Below are positions 1 through 16,805 of a stretch of 64,000 nucleotides of DNA, piece by piece. How positions within the stretch are numbered: position 1 is the stretch's first letter; each line of letters starts with the position of its first letter. Below the pieces are notes generated by a model that had not been told where the DNA came from, searched no databases, and worked only from the letters and a program-made list of their open reading frames with translations. Origin of the DNA: the human T2T-CHM13v2.0 reference genome, Homo sapiens. The stretch is taken from assembly GCF_009914755.1 (NCBI RefSeq), contig NC_060937.1; one strand, written 5' to 3'. The position numbers and the translations under genes were made by a program.

Positions 1-229
1 CTGCACACCTGACCTATAAAGGCCTTGTGACTCTCTGGTCTGTTTAAACTCAGACTCAATCGCTAACATGGTGAGAAGGGTCCAACAAGCCTAGGCTGGA
101 AAATGGAATTTGGACAGCCTGGCCCCAGCAGCATCTCGGCTGTACACAAAACAGTGGGCACAAGCCCTCTGAGGGAAATTTTATCTCCTATTCACCACCT
201 GAGGCGAAGCTGTGGCTCCATGGGGCCCT

Positions 230-1170
230 CACTTTACAGAGGTTCCCCTAAATGCATGGGCCTGGGTCACTGATGGTTTTTCCAAGCTGAACCCCAGTGG
301 TGTCCCCTGAGCTGCTGTGACTACACAGATCCAAAAACAGATGTGAGCTGTCTGCTCAGAAGGCAGAATGCATGGCTGTTCTTGCAGGTCTGGCCAAGAC
401 TGCCCTTGATGCAACTTGCCCTATTTTTAGTCATTCTTGGGCTGTTGTCAACGGCTAAGCATTTGGTCAGCCACTTGGAAAACTACAGATTCCAGATGAA
501 CAGCATCCCGTTTGCAGGTCACAAACTGTGGAAACAAATCGTGACTGCTGAGAGAAACATCTGGGTCACTCACATAGATGGAAATGATCAAGGCCCCTTC
601 TCTGATGAGACCGATTAGAGCCAAGCTGCCGGTGGAGCCTGCACTAAGCAGATGGCCACGTTGCTCTCTGGACCCATCGCTGTGCTGGATGTGGGAACGC
701 ACCCACCACTGTGGATGGCACAACGTGCAGGACTCCATGTTTATGATGCGGGGGCTCCCACTGGAGCTCCTGCCACAAGTTGACCTACTTGTCTCACAAT
801 GGTGTGGCCTCGTGGCAGGGATGCTTTCCCTGCTGCCGCCCACAGCCTGACCTTTGGGCCCTTCATGGGACTATGGTGGTGCCCTGCTACTCTTGACACC
901 TTTTCAGGTGGTGGTGTTATTGTTCTAGTTCCATTAACCAACTCTGGCCACATCATTGTGGCCCTTGAAGATAATCTTTGCCATATTTTCAGCTCTGTGA
1001 ACCACCAGCAAATAGCTACTTGATGGCCCTTTCTCTCCTTACCACCCACAGGCATCTGATGTTGTTGATCATTGGAGCAGCCTCCTAAAAACTTGATTTA
1101 AAAGATTTCTGACCGTATTCCTGGTCCACACTCCTTAGCCAGGTAGTTTGGTCATGTACGTGGCTCATTA
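230..1170 (+). mobile_element. Degenerate ERVL-class endogenous retrovirus pol fragment (RNase H - integrase)
   Basis: Frameshifted plus-strand motifs: AWVTDG (RNase H start), SWAVVNG..W, KLWKQI..IWVTHIDG, and integrase-core-like FGPFMGLWWCPATLDTFSG..HIIVALE; many stops. Confidence 0.75.
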
Positions 1171-1381
1171 TTGACTGAAATGCCATTATAGGCCACACTA
1201 ATAAAAGACACAAAGTTGACTTAAACAATTGGAAAAACATAATACGTTCTTGATAGGAGGACTTAATTCCTTAAGATGTAATTTCCCCCTTACTATATAA
1301 ATTTGATGCAATTCCATTAAAAACGCTGATTTTGCCCTCTGGAGCTAGATTATAGGGTTTGTATTTTAAAAAAAATTAATA

Positions 1382-1755
<374 letters not shown>

Positions 1756-2124
1756 TTATTTAAAACATTATAAAACTTCTATATTCAAAGCTTCATGGTA
1801 TTGATATGTGATAGAAAAACAGGCCAAAGTTCGCATTTGAATAGCACAACTGGAAACAGACATATATGGTTATGGAAGTTTAATAAATAGTGAAGGTATT
1901 ATCTCAAGTCATGGGGAAGTTTTGAATTATTTCATAAATAATATTGAGCTATGTGGGAAAAAATACACAGGAATAAATTCCAAATGGATGAAATCTAAAT
2001 GTAAATAATGTAGCTATAAGTACTAGAAGGCATGTGTTAATTTCTTTATGACTTGAGAATTAAGAAAACTTTTTAAACCATCATTAAAAATCCAAAACCA
2101 ATGTCTAAAAGATGTACAAATTTT

Positions 2125-2412
2125 GGCTGAGCATGGTGGCTTACACCTGTAATCCGAACACTTTTGGAGACCAAGGCAGGAGAATCCACTGAGCCCAGAA
2201 GCTGGAGACCAGCCTGGGCAACATGGCAAGACCTTATCTCTACTAAAAATTATAAAATTAGCCAGGAGTGGTGGCATGCACCCATAGTCCCAGCTACTCA
2301 GGAGGCTGACACAAGAGGATTGCTTGAGCCGAGGAGTTTGAAGTTGCAGTGAGCTATGATTTACCCCACTGCACTCCAGTCTAGGTAATGGAGCAAGACT
2401 CTGTCTCAAAAA
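2125..2412 (+). mobile_element. Alu (AluJ-like)
   Basis: Diverged dimeric Alu. Confidence 0.9.
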
Positions 2413-2474
2413 CAGGTATAAATTTGACCACATAAAATTTAAATAATACTGTATGACAAAAAATTCAGATGCAA

Positions 2475-2762
<288 letters not shown>

Positions 2763-2847
2763 ATTCAGATGCAAGATCACAAGATAAATTAACAAACTAG
2801 GAAAAGATATTTGCAATTTAAGTCTCTGATAAAGGGCTAGATCTCTG

Positions 2848-2891
2848 TTCAAGGTGAGATTTGGGTGGGGACACAGAGCCAAACCATATCA
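2848..2891 (-). mobile_element. 44-bp terminal fragment of a THE1/MST (MaLR) LTR
   Basis: Reverse complement reads tgatatggtttggctctgtgtccccacccaaatctcaccttgaa, the THE1/MST LTR 5' end. Confidence 0.8.
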
Positions 2892-2920
2892 GTCTCTGAA
2901 AAGTTGTTTAAAAAATGTAC

Positions 2921-3207
<287 letters not shown>

Positions 3208-3219
3208 TTAAACATATGA

Positions 3220-3583
<364 letters not shown>

Positions 3584-3951
3584 CTTTAATCTGTCATAGT
3601 AACAAAAATTGACAATAAGTTTTATTGATAAGACACTGGAGAAACAGACACTCTAAAACTGGTAGCAATGCAAAATGGAGAATAATTTGTCAATGTCTAC
3701 AAAAAAAGTATATGCATTTATACTTTGACCCAGCAATTCAATTTCCCAAAGGCACACTAGCAAAAATATAAAATGATTTATGCATCTAATTAGGGGACTG
3801 GTTACATAAACTATGACGCATTTTCCCAATGTAATGCCATGTAGCAGTAAAAGAGGCAAGAGGAGGGCCACCACATGCTGCTGTGGAGTGAATGGTGGAT
3901 ATATTGCTAAATGAAGAAAGTACACTGAAAATAGTATATATAGTATGCAAC

Positions 3952-4306
<355 letters not shown>

Positions 4307-4486
4307 TTATATTTGTTAAAAGAAAGGCTAGAAAGATAAAATTAAAGCTAATAAAAATAGCTGCTTTTATGGAGAGGGAGGAAGTAGAATGAAGGGGACA
4401 GGAATATAAGCAGGTCTCTCTTGAGAGTCATTTGCTATATAGCTTTGATTTCAGAGACAATTCAAAAATAAAATGTTTAAAAACTA

Positions 4487-4796
<310 letters not shown>

Positions 4797-5881
4797 TTAA
4801 ATTCAAACAACAATAAATGAGTCAATGTGTATGACATACTGACAAAAGAGTTGTTTCAAGTGATTTTAGAACATAATATTTTGACTATGTGTGCTTATAG
4901 AGATATATTCTAAGGGCAAATAGAAGTGCAAGTAAATGTTAGAGTTGACTGGGTAGTTTAATTTTAAGCAGGTATACTGTATTACTAGTATTTTGAAATT
5001 TTTACATAGTGTAGGATAATAAAAATAGATAATTAGGCTGATGTTATTAATAACCAAAATTTTCAGTATGACAAAAGAGAAACAAGTATAAAGTCATAGC
5101 CAAAAGTGCACAATTTGGGCATTAATAAGAAAAATATATTCATTCAATTAAATGAGCAAATTGAACATATGAGAGAAAGAGAGCTCCAGCTCATTGGACA
5201 CCATTGCAAATACCAGGGCACCAATTCCTTACTCTGAAAATTTACAATTAAAAGAGATGAATTAAGCACTCATCTTGTCTTTCAGGATAATTAAATAGCT
5301 CTAATTGGAGAGAGAAAATTATTATTTACTGAGGAATTCCAGCTAATAGATGAATAAGGAATGACAGAATCAGAAAACCATCACTTTGCCACCCCTGGTG
5401 AAACAATTGAGTCACACAGCAATCACCAGAGGATAACATTACTTCGTGATGGGTTGGTGGGGAAGGAGAATGGAGGGGTCAGGCTGTCACTACTTGAATT
5501 CTTTGATCAATCTCAGCATCACTAAAAATGGAAACTGATCATTTGGTGCCTCCTGATGTAATGTGATATGAAGCACACAGCACCAACTGTAATGTATTCT
5601 TGCCAAAAAAAAAAAAAAAAAGTTAAGCCTGAATCTAACTAAGCCTCTAGGGAAACACAAGGGATAAAGAAGGAAGTGAAAACCACAAGGAAACAAAAAA
5701 GAAATCAAAATATGGGACATTCTATAGGACAGCTTGTCTGGTTTCTTAAATAAGCCAACATCAGAAAGCAAGGGAGAGAGGGAGGAATCAATTTGATTAA
5801 AAGAGACTTAGAAATTACAATATGCAAATGAAATGAATGGACTTTGATTTGATCTGAATTCGAATAAACAGTCTGTACAAG

Positions 5882-6115
<234 letters not shown>

Positions 6116-6490
6116 TAATCATGGTCTGATTATAAAATGTCTCTGAAGAATTATCGTTAATTTTATTAGGTGTGATAACATTGGGATTAAGGAAGATAAT
6201 GCTGTTATACTTTAGGGGCTAATGTATGCAGGAGAGAAAGGACATGTTGTCTAGGATTTTCTTTAAAATACTTTTAACAAAGAAAAAGAAAACAGACGTG
6301 GGTAGGTAAGTATGGAAAAGTCGAGAACTGTTGAATCTGGGGAGCGGTGTGCAAGAGTTCTTGTGCTATTCTCTGTAATTTTGTGCATGTTTAAAATTTG
6401 TATAATAAAATAACTTAAAGCCTTTTATATAACAGATTAAATAATAGACCAAAAGAGAAATTATAAACTATTGATTTATCAGCTGAAAAG

Positions 6491-6741
6491 CTGAAAATCT
6501 TCTGCACTGAAAATAAGAAACTTACTAAAGCGAAAGATTTGGAGTGATGTTGAATGCCTTGTCTGTCATCACTGGAAGCTAGGAAACAGTTGGACTGCAT
6601 ATATTAACTAGTGCTAGAAAAAGACTACAAGCTAAGGTTTCCATACCCAGCCAAAGTATCCTTCATCCAGGTAGCGACAGAAACATATGCGTGGATATAT
6701 ATGGTTTGGGAGAGTATAGCTCTCATATGCTATGTGATGAA
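6491..6741 (+). repeat. 251-bp dispersed duplicate of 7269-7519
   Basis: Colinear match at offset 778, roughly 90% identical by eye. Confidence 0.95.
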
Positions 6742-6959
6742 AGAGAAATTATAAACCATTGATTTATAATTTCTATTTTGGTTTATTATATAATCTGTTA
6801 TGTTATTTTCTTTTCCCCTCACAAAAAATGTATTGAGTTGGACACGTATAATCTATACATTTTCATGTATGTGTATTATCCCTCAATAAAAGTTTTACTT
6901 CCATCAATGCAAATGATTCCTTTAAAATATTCAGTAGATTAACTGAAGAGAGGTTATTT

Positions 6960-7765
6960 ATTGTTGAGACACAAATTTGTGACCTAGGAAATCAAATGAA
7001 AGCTAATTTCAAAACACACAAATTGTGAGGGGAAAGATGAGGAATTTGGAAGACAGATCTAAGAAACTTCACATGCAAATAATAGAAGTTCCAGGAGGAA
7101 AAAACCAACAGAGGGGCAAACACTGGTAATAGATGAGGAGACCCCTAAGTAGGAGAGAGACACTTATTTGTAAATGGAGAGGGTGCATGCCTCTTCAGAA
7201 AAGACTATGAAGGCCCACACCTAGGCATATCCTGGTAAAATAGCTGAACTCTAAGCATAAAGATGAAACTGAAAAGCTTCCGGACTGAAAATAAGAAACT
7301 TACTAAAGCAAAAGAATTGGAGTGATGTTGAATGCCTCGTCTGTCATCACTGGAAACTAGGAAACAGTTGGATTGTATATATTAACTAGTGCTAGAAAAA
7401 GATTACAAGCTAAGGTTTCCATACCCAGTCAAAGTATCCTTCATCCAGGTAGCAACAGAAACATACATGTGGATATACGTGGTTTCAGAGAGTATAGCTC
7501 TCATATTCTATGTGATGAATATGCTGGAGAAATCTATTTACAGTAAACCACAAATGAATTAAAAGATTGACTTAAAGATGAAGAAACACTAAGTGAAGAA
7601 ATGCTTTATAGCTATGACCCTTGTGATAGTTAAATCTAAATGGTTGATTATTGATTGTTTAGGTTTCTAGAACTCTATATAAATGCTAAATAAAGATTCT
7701 TGTAACAGAAAAGGCATTCTGCAGAGGAAAACCTGTCAATAGCCTGAAAGTAAAATATTCAATTA
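6960..7765 (+). mobile_element. Old L1M ORF1-like relic
   Basis: ttggaagacagatctaagaaac...ataatagaagttccaggagga resembles the L1 ORF1 LEDRSRRxNIRIIGVPE region; ccatacccagtcaaagtatccttca resembles YPAKLSF. Confidence 0.6.
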
Positions 7766-7770
7766 TTTAT

Positions 7771-8134
7771 TGTTATGGACTGAATGTGCACTTCCCCCTC
7801 CAAATTTATGTGTTGAAATCTCTTGTTAGGATGGTATAATGAGGCGGGACCTTTAGGAAGTGATTAGGTCATGAGGGTGAAGTCCTCATGAATGGGATTA
7901 ATGCCCTTAGAGGGGAGATCCCAGGCAGCTCTCCTGCCCTGTTTCCACCATGTGAGGATACAATGAGAAGACCACAGTTTGCAACCCAGAAGAGGGCCCT
8001 CACCAGACCCCCAACCATGCTGGCACCCTGATCTTGGACTTCCAGCCCCCAGAACTGTGAGAAGGAAACGTCTATTGTTTACAAACCACCCAGTCTGTGG
8101 TATTTTGTTAAAGCAGCCTGAACTGATTAAGACA
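7771..8134 (+). mobile_element. MaLR solo LTR (MLT1A/MST-like)
   Basis: tgttatggactgaatg ... ttgttaaagcagcctgaactgattaagaca termini. Confidence 0.9.
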
Positions 8135-8578
8135 ATTATCCATCCCTGATAGTTAGGGAAAGGCTGGGACTCATAGGAAGCAGAGCTTTCTCAAGATCGT
8201 ATCTGACAAGAGGAAAGTAGGTGAGGTAAAGGTAAGAAAGGATGAAAGTCGTGTCAGGAAGTTAGTGCTGCCTTCACACTCCAACAACAGGGTCCCTTGC
8301 TCTTCACACATGTCTTCAAGAGCCTGGCTTTTCTTCCATCCAAAGGCCACCTTCCAAGAAAGGAGTGCATGGTGTGTGCGAGAGGGGCGAGGGGAGGCAG
8401 GAAGTAAGGGGCCACCCACCTTCTTCTGGACCCTGCTCCGTGCTCCTGGGATTGCAGAATACCCAGTCTAAAAAGTCCTGAGCCAACTCTAAGCCACATC
8501 TGGGAAGAGTCACAACTCCTGAATGTGCCTCTTTTCGGATCTGTTCTCCAAGGAACCCAGTGGTAGGCAAGAGACAGC

Positions 8579-8602
8579 TGTGTGTGTGTGTGTGTGTGTG
8601 TG
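8579..8602. repeat. (TG)n microsatellite
   Basis: Seen directly. Confidence 0.95.
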
Positions 8603-9654
8603 AAGGTTGATGGCATGTGTGTGTGTACTGGTGTGTCCACACCTGGGACCCCCCTTCTTGCTGTGGAAACAGAGCCAGGTTGGAGATAAAGCTGGGAGGG
8701 CTGCAGGCCAGAGTCCTAGACCAAGAGTGGCTGTGTTCATATACATTTCCAGAACAGGCTTCCAGGAGCTCTGAGGATTCTAAACTCAAGCCTGGGCTTT
8801 CAGTGCATTCTGAAGATGATTTTGACAGGGTAGAAGAATAGAGCATATATGACAGCTTATTAGTTTGATTTATACATTTTACATATTTAGATAAATGGTA
8901 CATGGTTCTCCCTTTATATTCTTGTCCCAGCCCTGCTAAATGTTGGGGCAGCATTTTATATGGCAAGGGTGAGTCATGAATTCAGAGCAGAAAGAGATCA
9001 CAGTGGGCTGGGTGAGCTATGAAGGAAGGCTTCGTGAGAAATCACTGCAAACTATGGCATTTTAGGGTAGAAAGAGACTGTTGAGATTAAGCTAACTAAA
9101 AAGCCAGGCGTCTTTTATTTGGGTTTGGATATAGCACAGCTGAAATCAAGGATCTAGTACTATCCTCTTACTTTGCTCTAAAAGAAAGCCCAGGAAGCTC
9201 TGGCTGATAGTAACAGAGCTGAGCCTGACCCTACGCCTCTTGGTTGCCATCTCAGGGTCCTGCCGCTTCCCCATGTGCTTCTGCTGACCTGAGAGGAGCA
9301 ACAGCTCTGGAAAAGCAGGAGTGTGTTCAAGGACAGGCAAAGAACCTGGAGCTCCTGAAACTTTTCGGATGGGAAGCGAGTGATTGGCTCTTCTCTACAT
9401 CTGGAAGCACAGCCTGAAGTAACTGCCTTTGAAATCTCACCCCGATCTTTAGAGGTGATGTGAATTGTACATTCTGTTCTCTAGTGAGGCTTTGGAATTA
9501 GACCAAGGGTGGAACTGAGATGCTGCCCCTTAATTGGTAAATTTGGGAAAGTTATTTGACCTTTGAGCCTCAGTCTCCATGTCTATAAAATGGGAGTAGT
9601 AATAGCAGGGCTGCTGTAAGTATTAGATGATGTTATGTATATCAAGAGTTCTTT

Positions 9655-9945
<291 letters not shown>

Positions 9946-10338
9946 GAGTGCCTTGTGCTCAACACATGTGGGCTGATGAGCCTCCCAGCTGTGTGGGTGG
10001 GCAGATTTCCCTAATGAATGGTCACTCTTGGTATGTTTACTTAGCTTTGCTATGTACATCGAGATGGTATTATTTAGTGTTTAGAATGGATGTTGCAACT
10101 TATCTTCTCCGTTTGGAAAATGATATGCCAGCAACAGCTGAGTTTTGAAGAATTGATGACACGTTAACTTAGAACGGACACAGGGTAATGCTGAGGCCTG
10201 GTAAATTTCCTGTGCAGCAGCTCATAATCAGTGCAGATTCTTGGATCAAGGGGAAGCTTCTCTTTCCAGAGTTCCAGTCTATTTTTGTCAGCAAGGAGAG
10301 GTGATATGGCTTATTTTGTAATAATTCTTGCAATCCTA

Positions 10339-10659
<321 letters not shown>

Positions 10660-11003
10660 TTATACATATTTAGGGGGAACATTTAAGTTGCTAGAAAAGT
10701 CATGGATATGTCCAAGTGGTACACAAAAGGAACCAGGAATACATATTTGACATTGTTTTAGTAAAACAAGTAATAATCTTAAATATGAAATGTATATGAG
10801 TCTCAAAATGAACTTAGAAAAAATGGCTTTGGTAGTATGTTCTCCCTGTGGGGAACTGTGAATTCTAGGAAGAAACTGAATGTTAAATTGTGTAGATCTA
10901 TCACTAGTTTGCTGCAAAGTAACAGAATTGCTCTCCTCCTATGTTTCACCCACTTTGGATTTTAAGATGGGACTGGGACTGGCCCACCAATAAGGTAAGG
11001 ATG

Positions 11004-11005
<2 letters not shown>

Positions 11006-11043
<38 letters not shown>

Positions 11044-11070
11044 GACACACACAGAGACACACACAGAGAC
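11006..11070. repeat. (CA)n microsatellite with degenerate tail
   Basis: Seen directly. Confidence 0.95.
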
Positions 11071-11859
11071 AATACTTACATACAAGTAGCCCATAAACCA
11101 ATACTTCTGACCCTCTCTCCACTCTAACCGTTAAGTCAAATTTGGAGAGTTGGTTGGATGATGAGACCAAAGTACCTCTCACTTCGAAAATGATGTGATT
11201 CTTTGGCAAGTCAGTGACTTGCCTGTCTTCGTGTCAGAACATTAATTCTAGGATTTTACTAGGATTCTTCCAAGTATAACATAAAGAATAGGGTCTTCAG
11301 TCCCAGGCTCCCCCAACCCCACATGTACTCGATGGCCTTGGTTTTCTGATCGTCCCTGAGACTGCTTTGGTTTCAAGATGCCACTGATAAATTGGTAACA
11401 AGAACCAAATTCTGGCTTGTCTGACTCCAAAGCTGTGTTAATTTCATTGCACTAGTATTACAAGTTTTCCAAATCTTTCCTTTGAGTATTTTATCTATGA
11501 TATATTGCTCATATTTTAAATGTTCTATTAAAATACTATGGTATCTGGTACAAGAGGATAAGTACTCTTTATCATCTTGGATAAAAAAGATAAATAATTA
11601 TTGGGGAAATAATTAAAGAGAGAATTTTGCACCTATCAAATTTACTCAGAGGTTATCTACCCCTGTTTAAGTTTTTTTTTTTTTTTTTACTAAAGAAAGG
11701 GAGATAGTAATAGCTTCCACCCCTTGAAGACTCTGAGTTGGCCTAATAGAATATTTTAAACAACCCTTTATTTCAAAGTTGACTTTTCAATATTGATACA
11801 AGGCTCAGTGTTTTCAAAATATTTTAAAAGTTGAGATTCTTATTTAAAGGTATATTGAG

Positions 11860-11963
11860 ATCCTTTTGTGGTTCATACATGTGGTGATTGGGTTTTCACA
11901 CTCACATGTGAGATGTGCCTCCCTCCAACCTTGTTATGATGTCAGCACATTACCCATCTGACA
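11860..11963 (+). pseudogene. U13 (SNORD13) box C/D snoRNA retropseudogene
   Basis: atccttttgtggttcat...gattgggt...gtgagatgtgcc...ccttgtta...gcacattacccatctgac follows U13 over its full length; box C mutated (gtggtga), box D ctga kept; A-rich tail follows. Confidence 0.9.
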
Positions 11964-13094
11964 GGAAGGAGAAAAAAAAGGAAAAAAATTCAACATTATG
12001 CAATCAAGTCATGTCCTGTCAATGGGCAAGCAAAATTTGTTTCCATGTGCTGGTCAGCTCTGCTAACCTCTCTGCTCAGTTGGCCGGTTGCCTTTCAGAG
12101 CTTTGCCATTGTGTTTGCTCATCCTGCTCCAAAATATCCAAGTGTTTATGTACCAGATGTCTGGGCACAGTGATGACTGTATCATCCACATTTAGCCTGA
12201 GACACTGGTCTATAATACATTCTTTTCAGCACCATTAATTTGGGATGCAGTTAACATTTCAGTTCTATTTGTAAGGATCCATTATTTATGTTGGTTGTGG
12301 ATGGAACAGCACATTCTTTGAGCTCCATCTATTTCTGCCACTATTTGGTGTTTTTCAAAGTGCTCTGAGGAGCTCTGTAGCTTCAGTGCAGAAAGAAGAG
12401 AGGGTAGAGAGCCAAGTCACCAGGGGCTCATGCCACTTTCCCTTTACCAAGAGCAGTTCTTCTACTCATGTGCTTGGAGAATATCTTGAGAGGTTCATTT
12501 CTAGGATTTTTCTTCTTTTCCATGTAATTTCCTCTTTTCCTTCCACCACTCAAGGAAGTATCCAGCTTAATTTTACTCCTTCCATAGAAGTGTGTTTTAG
12601 GGCTAAAAAGCAAATTCACCTGTAAAACTTTCTGAATTTTGTTTCAAAAGATTATGTCCATGGGAGATCATAAGAGGCTGGTGGTGGAGGCTGATAGCAG
12701 AGAAGGATTTTCTGATAGAGGTAGAATGTCCAGAAGATGCAGAAGGGACCATGAGGATCTCCCCTCTGATTAAAAAGAATGCTTTTTAATCAAATCTTGT
12801 GGTTTGGCTAAAAAGAGCAGTCTTTTCTTGGGGCATTTCTTTTGTCAGCTATTTGCATGGTGTTTCCAGATTCTGAGATTCTCCAGTCCAGAATATATAA
12901 GTGAAAAAGTTAAATAGGAAACTAACCTCCATATCCTTTTTTGAATCCTAAAGTATCTAGCTAATTTTCCATATTTTCTCCACCTTTCAGTCTTCTGATA
13001 TTTATTTTATGTGTTTTGTCCAGGGTTTTTAGCTGTAGCTGAAGGAAGAGATATGGTAGAATGTGTTTACTCCTACTTGTGTGGAACACACACA

Positions 13095-14465
13095 CCCTTG
13101 GGTTTTTGACCTGAACAACTGGAAGGATGGATTTACCATCAACCGAGATAGGAAAGACTATGGGTAGAACAGGTTTCCTCACAAAGATCAGCACTCCAGT
13201 TTGATTATGTTAAGTTTGAAATATCTACTACTCAAATGAGGGGGGATATGAGTAGGGCAATCATACATGTCTAGATTTTAGGAGAGAATTTTGGGGATGG
13301 GGATGTAAATTTGGTTGTAATCCAGTAGATAGAATGCCTTTAAAACCATGGTATTGAATGAGATCACCAAAGGTGGAGGAAGAAAAAGAAAAAAACCCAG
13401 CACATGCAACTGAGACATAGGAGCCAATGATGGAGGTCTGTGGTATCCTGGAAGCCAACTGAAAAAAATATTTCAAGAAAAAGACAGCAATCACCTGTGT
13501 CAAATACTGCTAATCAAAAACAGTATTTTTGAATTAGATCTAGCATTGAATTTCACAACATAGAGTCTACTGGAGACTTTGATAAGAAAAGTTTAAGTGG
13601 AATGGTGTGAGAAAGAAAGATTGGTGTGGATTTATGGGACAACGGGAATAGAGGAATTGGACTGTGAGTACAGATAATTCTTTTGAGGACTTTTGTTGCA
13701 AAGAGGAGAAAATAAATGGGGAAGTCATTGGCAGGGGAAGAAGGGTTAATGGATGATTTTAATTTTATTTATTTATTTTTTAGATGAAGGAAATAACAGC
13801 ATGTATGCTCTTGGAAATGATCTGGTAGAGGGTGAAAAAATGCTAATGTAGCAGAGAGAGAGGAGAAATGTTGAAGTGATTCCATGAGTGTATGAGTGCT
13901 CTGGTTTGAATGTTTGTGTCCCTCCAAAATTCATGTTGAAATGTAATCCCCAATGCAAGAGTATTAAGTGGTGGGGCCTTTAGGAAGCTACTAGGTGAAT
14001 GGGATTAGTACCCTGAAAAAATAAAATGGCTTGAGGGAGCGTTTTTGGCCCTTTCTACCCTTCCACCGTGTGAGCACACAGCAAGAATCTGCGAGTGAGG
14101 AACAGGCCCTCACCAGACACTGAATCTGCTGGTGCCTGGATCTTGGACTTCCCAGCCTCCAGATCTGTAAGAAATAAATTCTTGTTCTTTAGTAATTATC
14201 CGGTCTAAGGCAGTTTGTTATAGCAGCCCTAGTGAACTAAGACAATGAGAAAGGATGAGATTTGGCATGCAAATGGAGGCATTGACTTGAGATGGTTCTG
14301 TTCATCTGTGGTAATAGGTGAAGAGGCAAGTTATGTAGGTGGAGATGTGATGAAGAGAGTCTGTGAAGTCTCTTCTCAGTGAAGTATGAAGCAAGATCAT
14401 CTGCTTTTGAGTGTGGGTACAAAGTGTTCAAAGTTTGAGAAGAGTAGCAAAGGTATAAAATAGCT
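13095..14465 (-). mobile_element. L2 LINE relic interrupted by an MST LTR
   Basis: gacctgaacaactggaaggatgg and tatgttaagtttgaaat are reverse L2 consensus segments. Confidence 0.75.
13897..14244 (+). mobile_element. MST-type MaLR solo LTR with 5-bp TSD atgag
   Basis: tgctctggtttgaatgtttgtgtccc ... actaagaca; atgag on both sides. Confidence 0.9.
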
Positions 14466-14469
14466 AAGA

Positions 14470-14833
<364 letters not shown>

Positions 14834-15345
14834 CTAAGGCCCACCAGAGTTTCGTCACGAATGTAGTGATTCCAATTAGAGTGGCTGTGTGTATGTGGGG
14901 TAACCTGGTGGCAGAATGCCATAAATCCAGCTTGAGTCTCTCACTGCTTTCAATTGTCCCCTTCTCTCACTCATATCACCTCTCATCATCCCATTGTTCT
15001 TGAACAAGCTACAGAAAACAAAGCATGGCAACAAATTTGAGACAGCAGTTCCAAACATGCGCTCTGCAGTGACATGGAGTATTTTTGAGCTGTGAACATA
15101 GCGGCATCTGTTGGACACTGTATGAATTATTAGCTCAAGGGAGTTCACAGTTTTATTATTGCATGGTGCTACATTCCTTTCCATTACATACTTTCTTTGT
15201 CGACCTGAGTTTTCAGCCGTTGCTGAAATAAAAGCAAGTATTGCACAAGAATCAGTTTGGTGTTCCATCCACTTCCAAAGTTTGAGTTGTGTCATGCCCA
15301 ACAGGCAAACACACCTCACTCAGTAATTGTGGTTAAGAATGAAAT

Positions 15346-15680
<335 letters not shown>

Positions 15681-15699
15681 TTATATGTACTATTATTTA

Positions 15700-16079
<380 letters not shown>

Positions 16080-16805
16080 CTACTTTTAGTGCTATTGTTA
16101 GCAATTTATTTTGACCTAGAGGTGCAGTGGAAAAATTAGAGATGCTAAGGGCACCTAATTGACTGAGAAAATGTGGGAACCTCTGACTTAAAAATGAATT
16201 CCTGTTGCTTTCTCTATTTCTTCCACGTACTGGGTCAAGGCCTCGTAAAGTGCAGTTGTGTGCAGTAGAACTAAGAAATTCTCATGCCAAAGTCAAAATC
16301 TTGCAGGGAAATCGCTTATGACAAACGCTCTCTCCACCCCACTCCACCAAGTTCCCTCATTACCTTAAAACTTGAGCCTAAATATCTCTCCCTAGTTTTA
16401 ATGGCATATGGCTGCACCATGACCATCTGTTATAATATGGGAATTTAAAGCCAAGAGCAAACATGTGCCTTTTAGCTCCCCTAAGGACTTACATCTCTAA
16501 AAGAAGCCAGAACATGTGGGTCACCAGAAGACTTGGCTTGGAGGTTTATCGTTTTGTCAACATCTACTTCCAAATAGGTAATTCTTGATAGATGACTTAG
16601 GCTGAATAATTGTGGCCTCAGGACTGCTTTCTTTTTGCCAACAGAGATACCAGTAATATACGCATGTGTGTTGGGGAAATGAGATGCCACCAGGTGGTGT
16701 TTGTTCATATGTCTATGTGTCTATGTGTGTTATGGCCCTTTCAAGAGACTGTCTCTCTTCCCTGACCTGACACTGTGAGTTTTGCAAGTCAAGATTGTGC
16801 TTTGC

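Noticed and set aside
1-1200. Possible exons of a neighbouring gene such as METTL21C or a processed pseudogene
   Set aside because: No methyltransferase motifs; the region is explained by the ERVL pol relic
8171-8966. 216-aa and overlapping ORFs
   Set aside because: They run through a TG microsatellite, mostly use non-ATG starts and show no recognisable domain or exon structure
14876-15319. 147-aa minus-strand ORF
   Set aside because: Lies antisense within a decayed Charlie transposon
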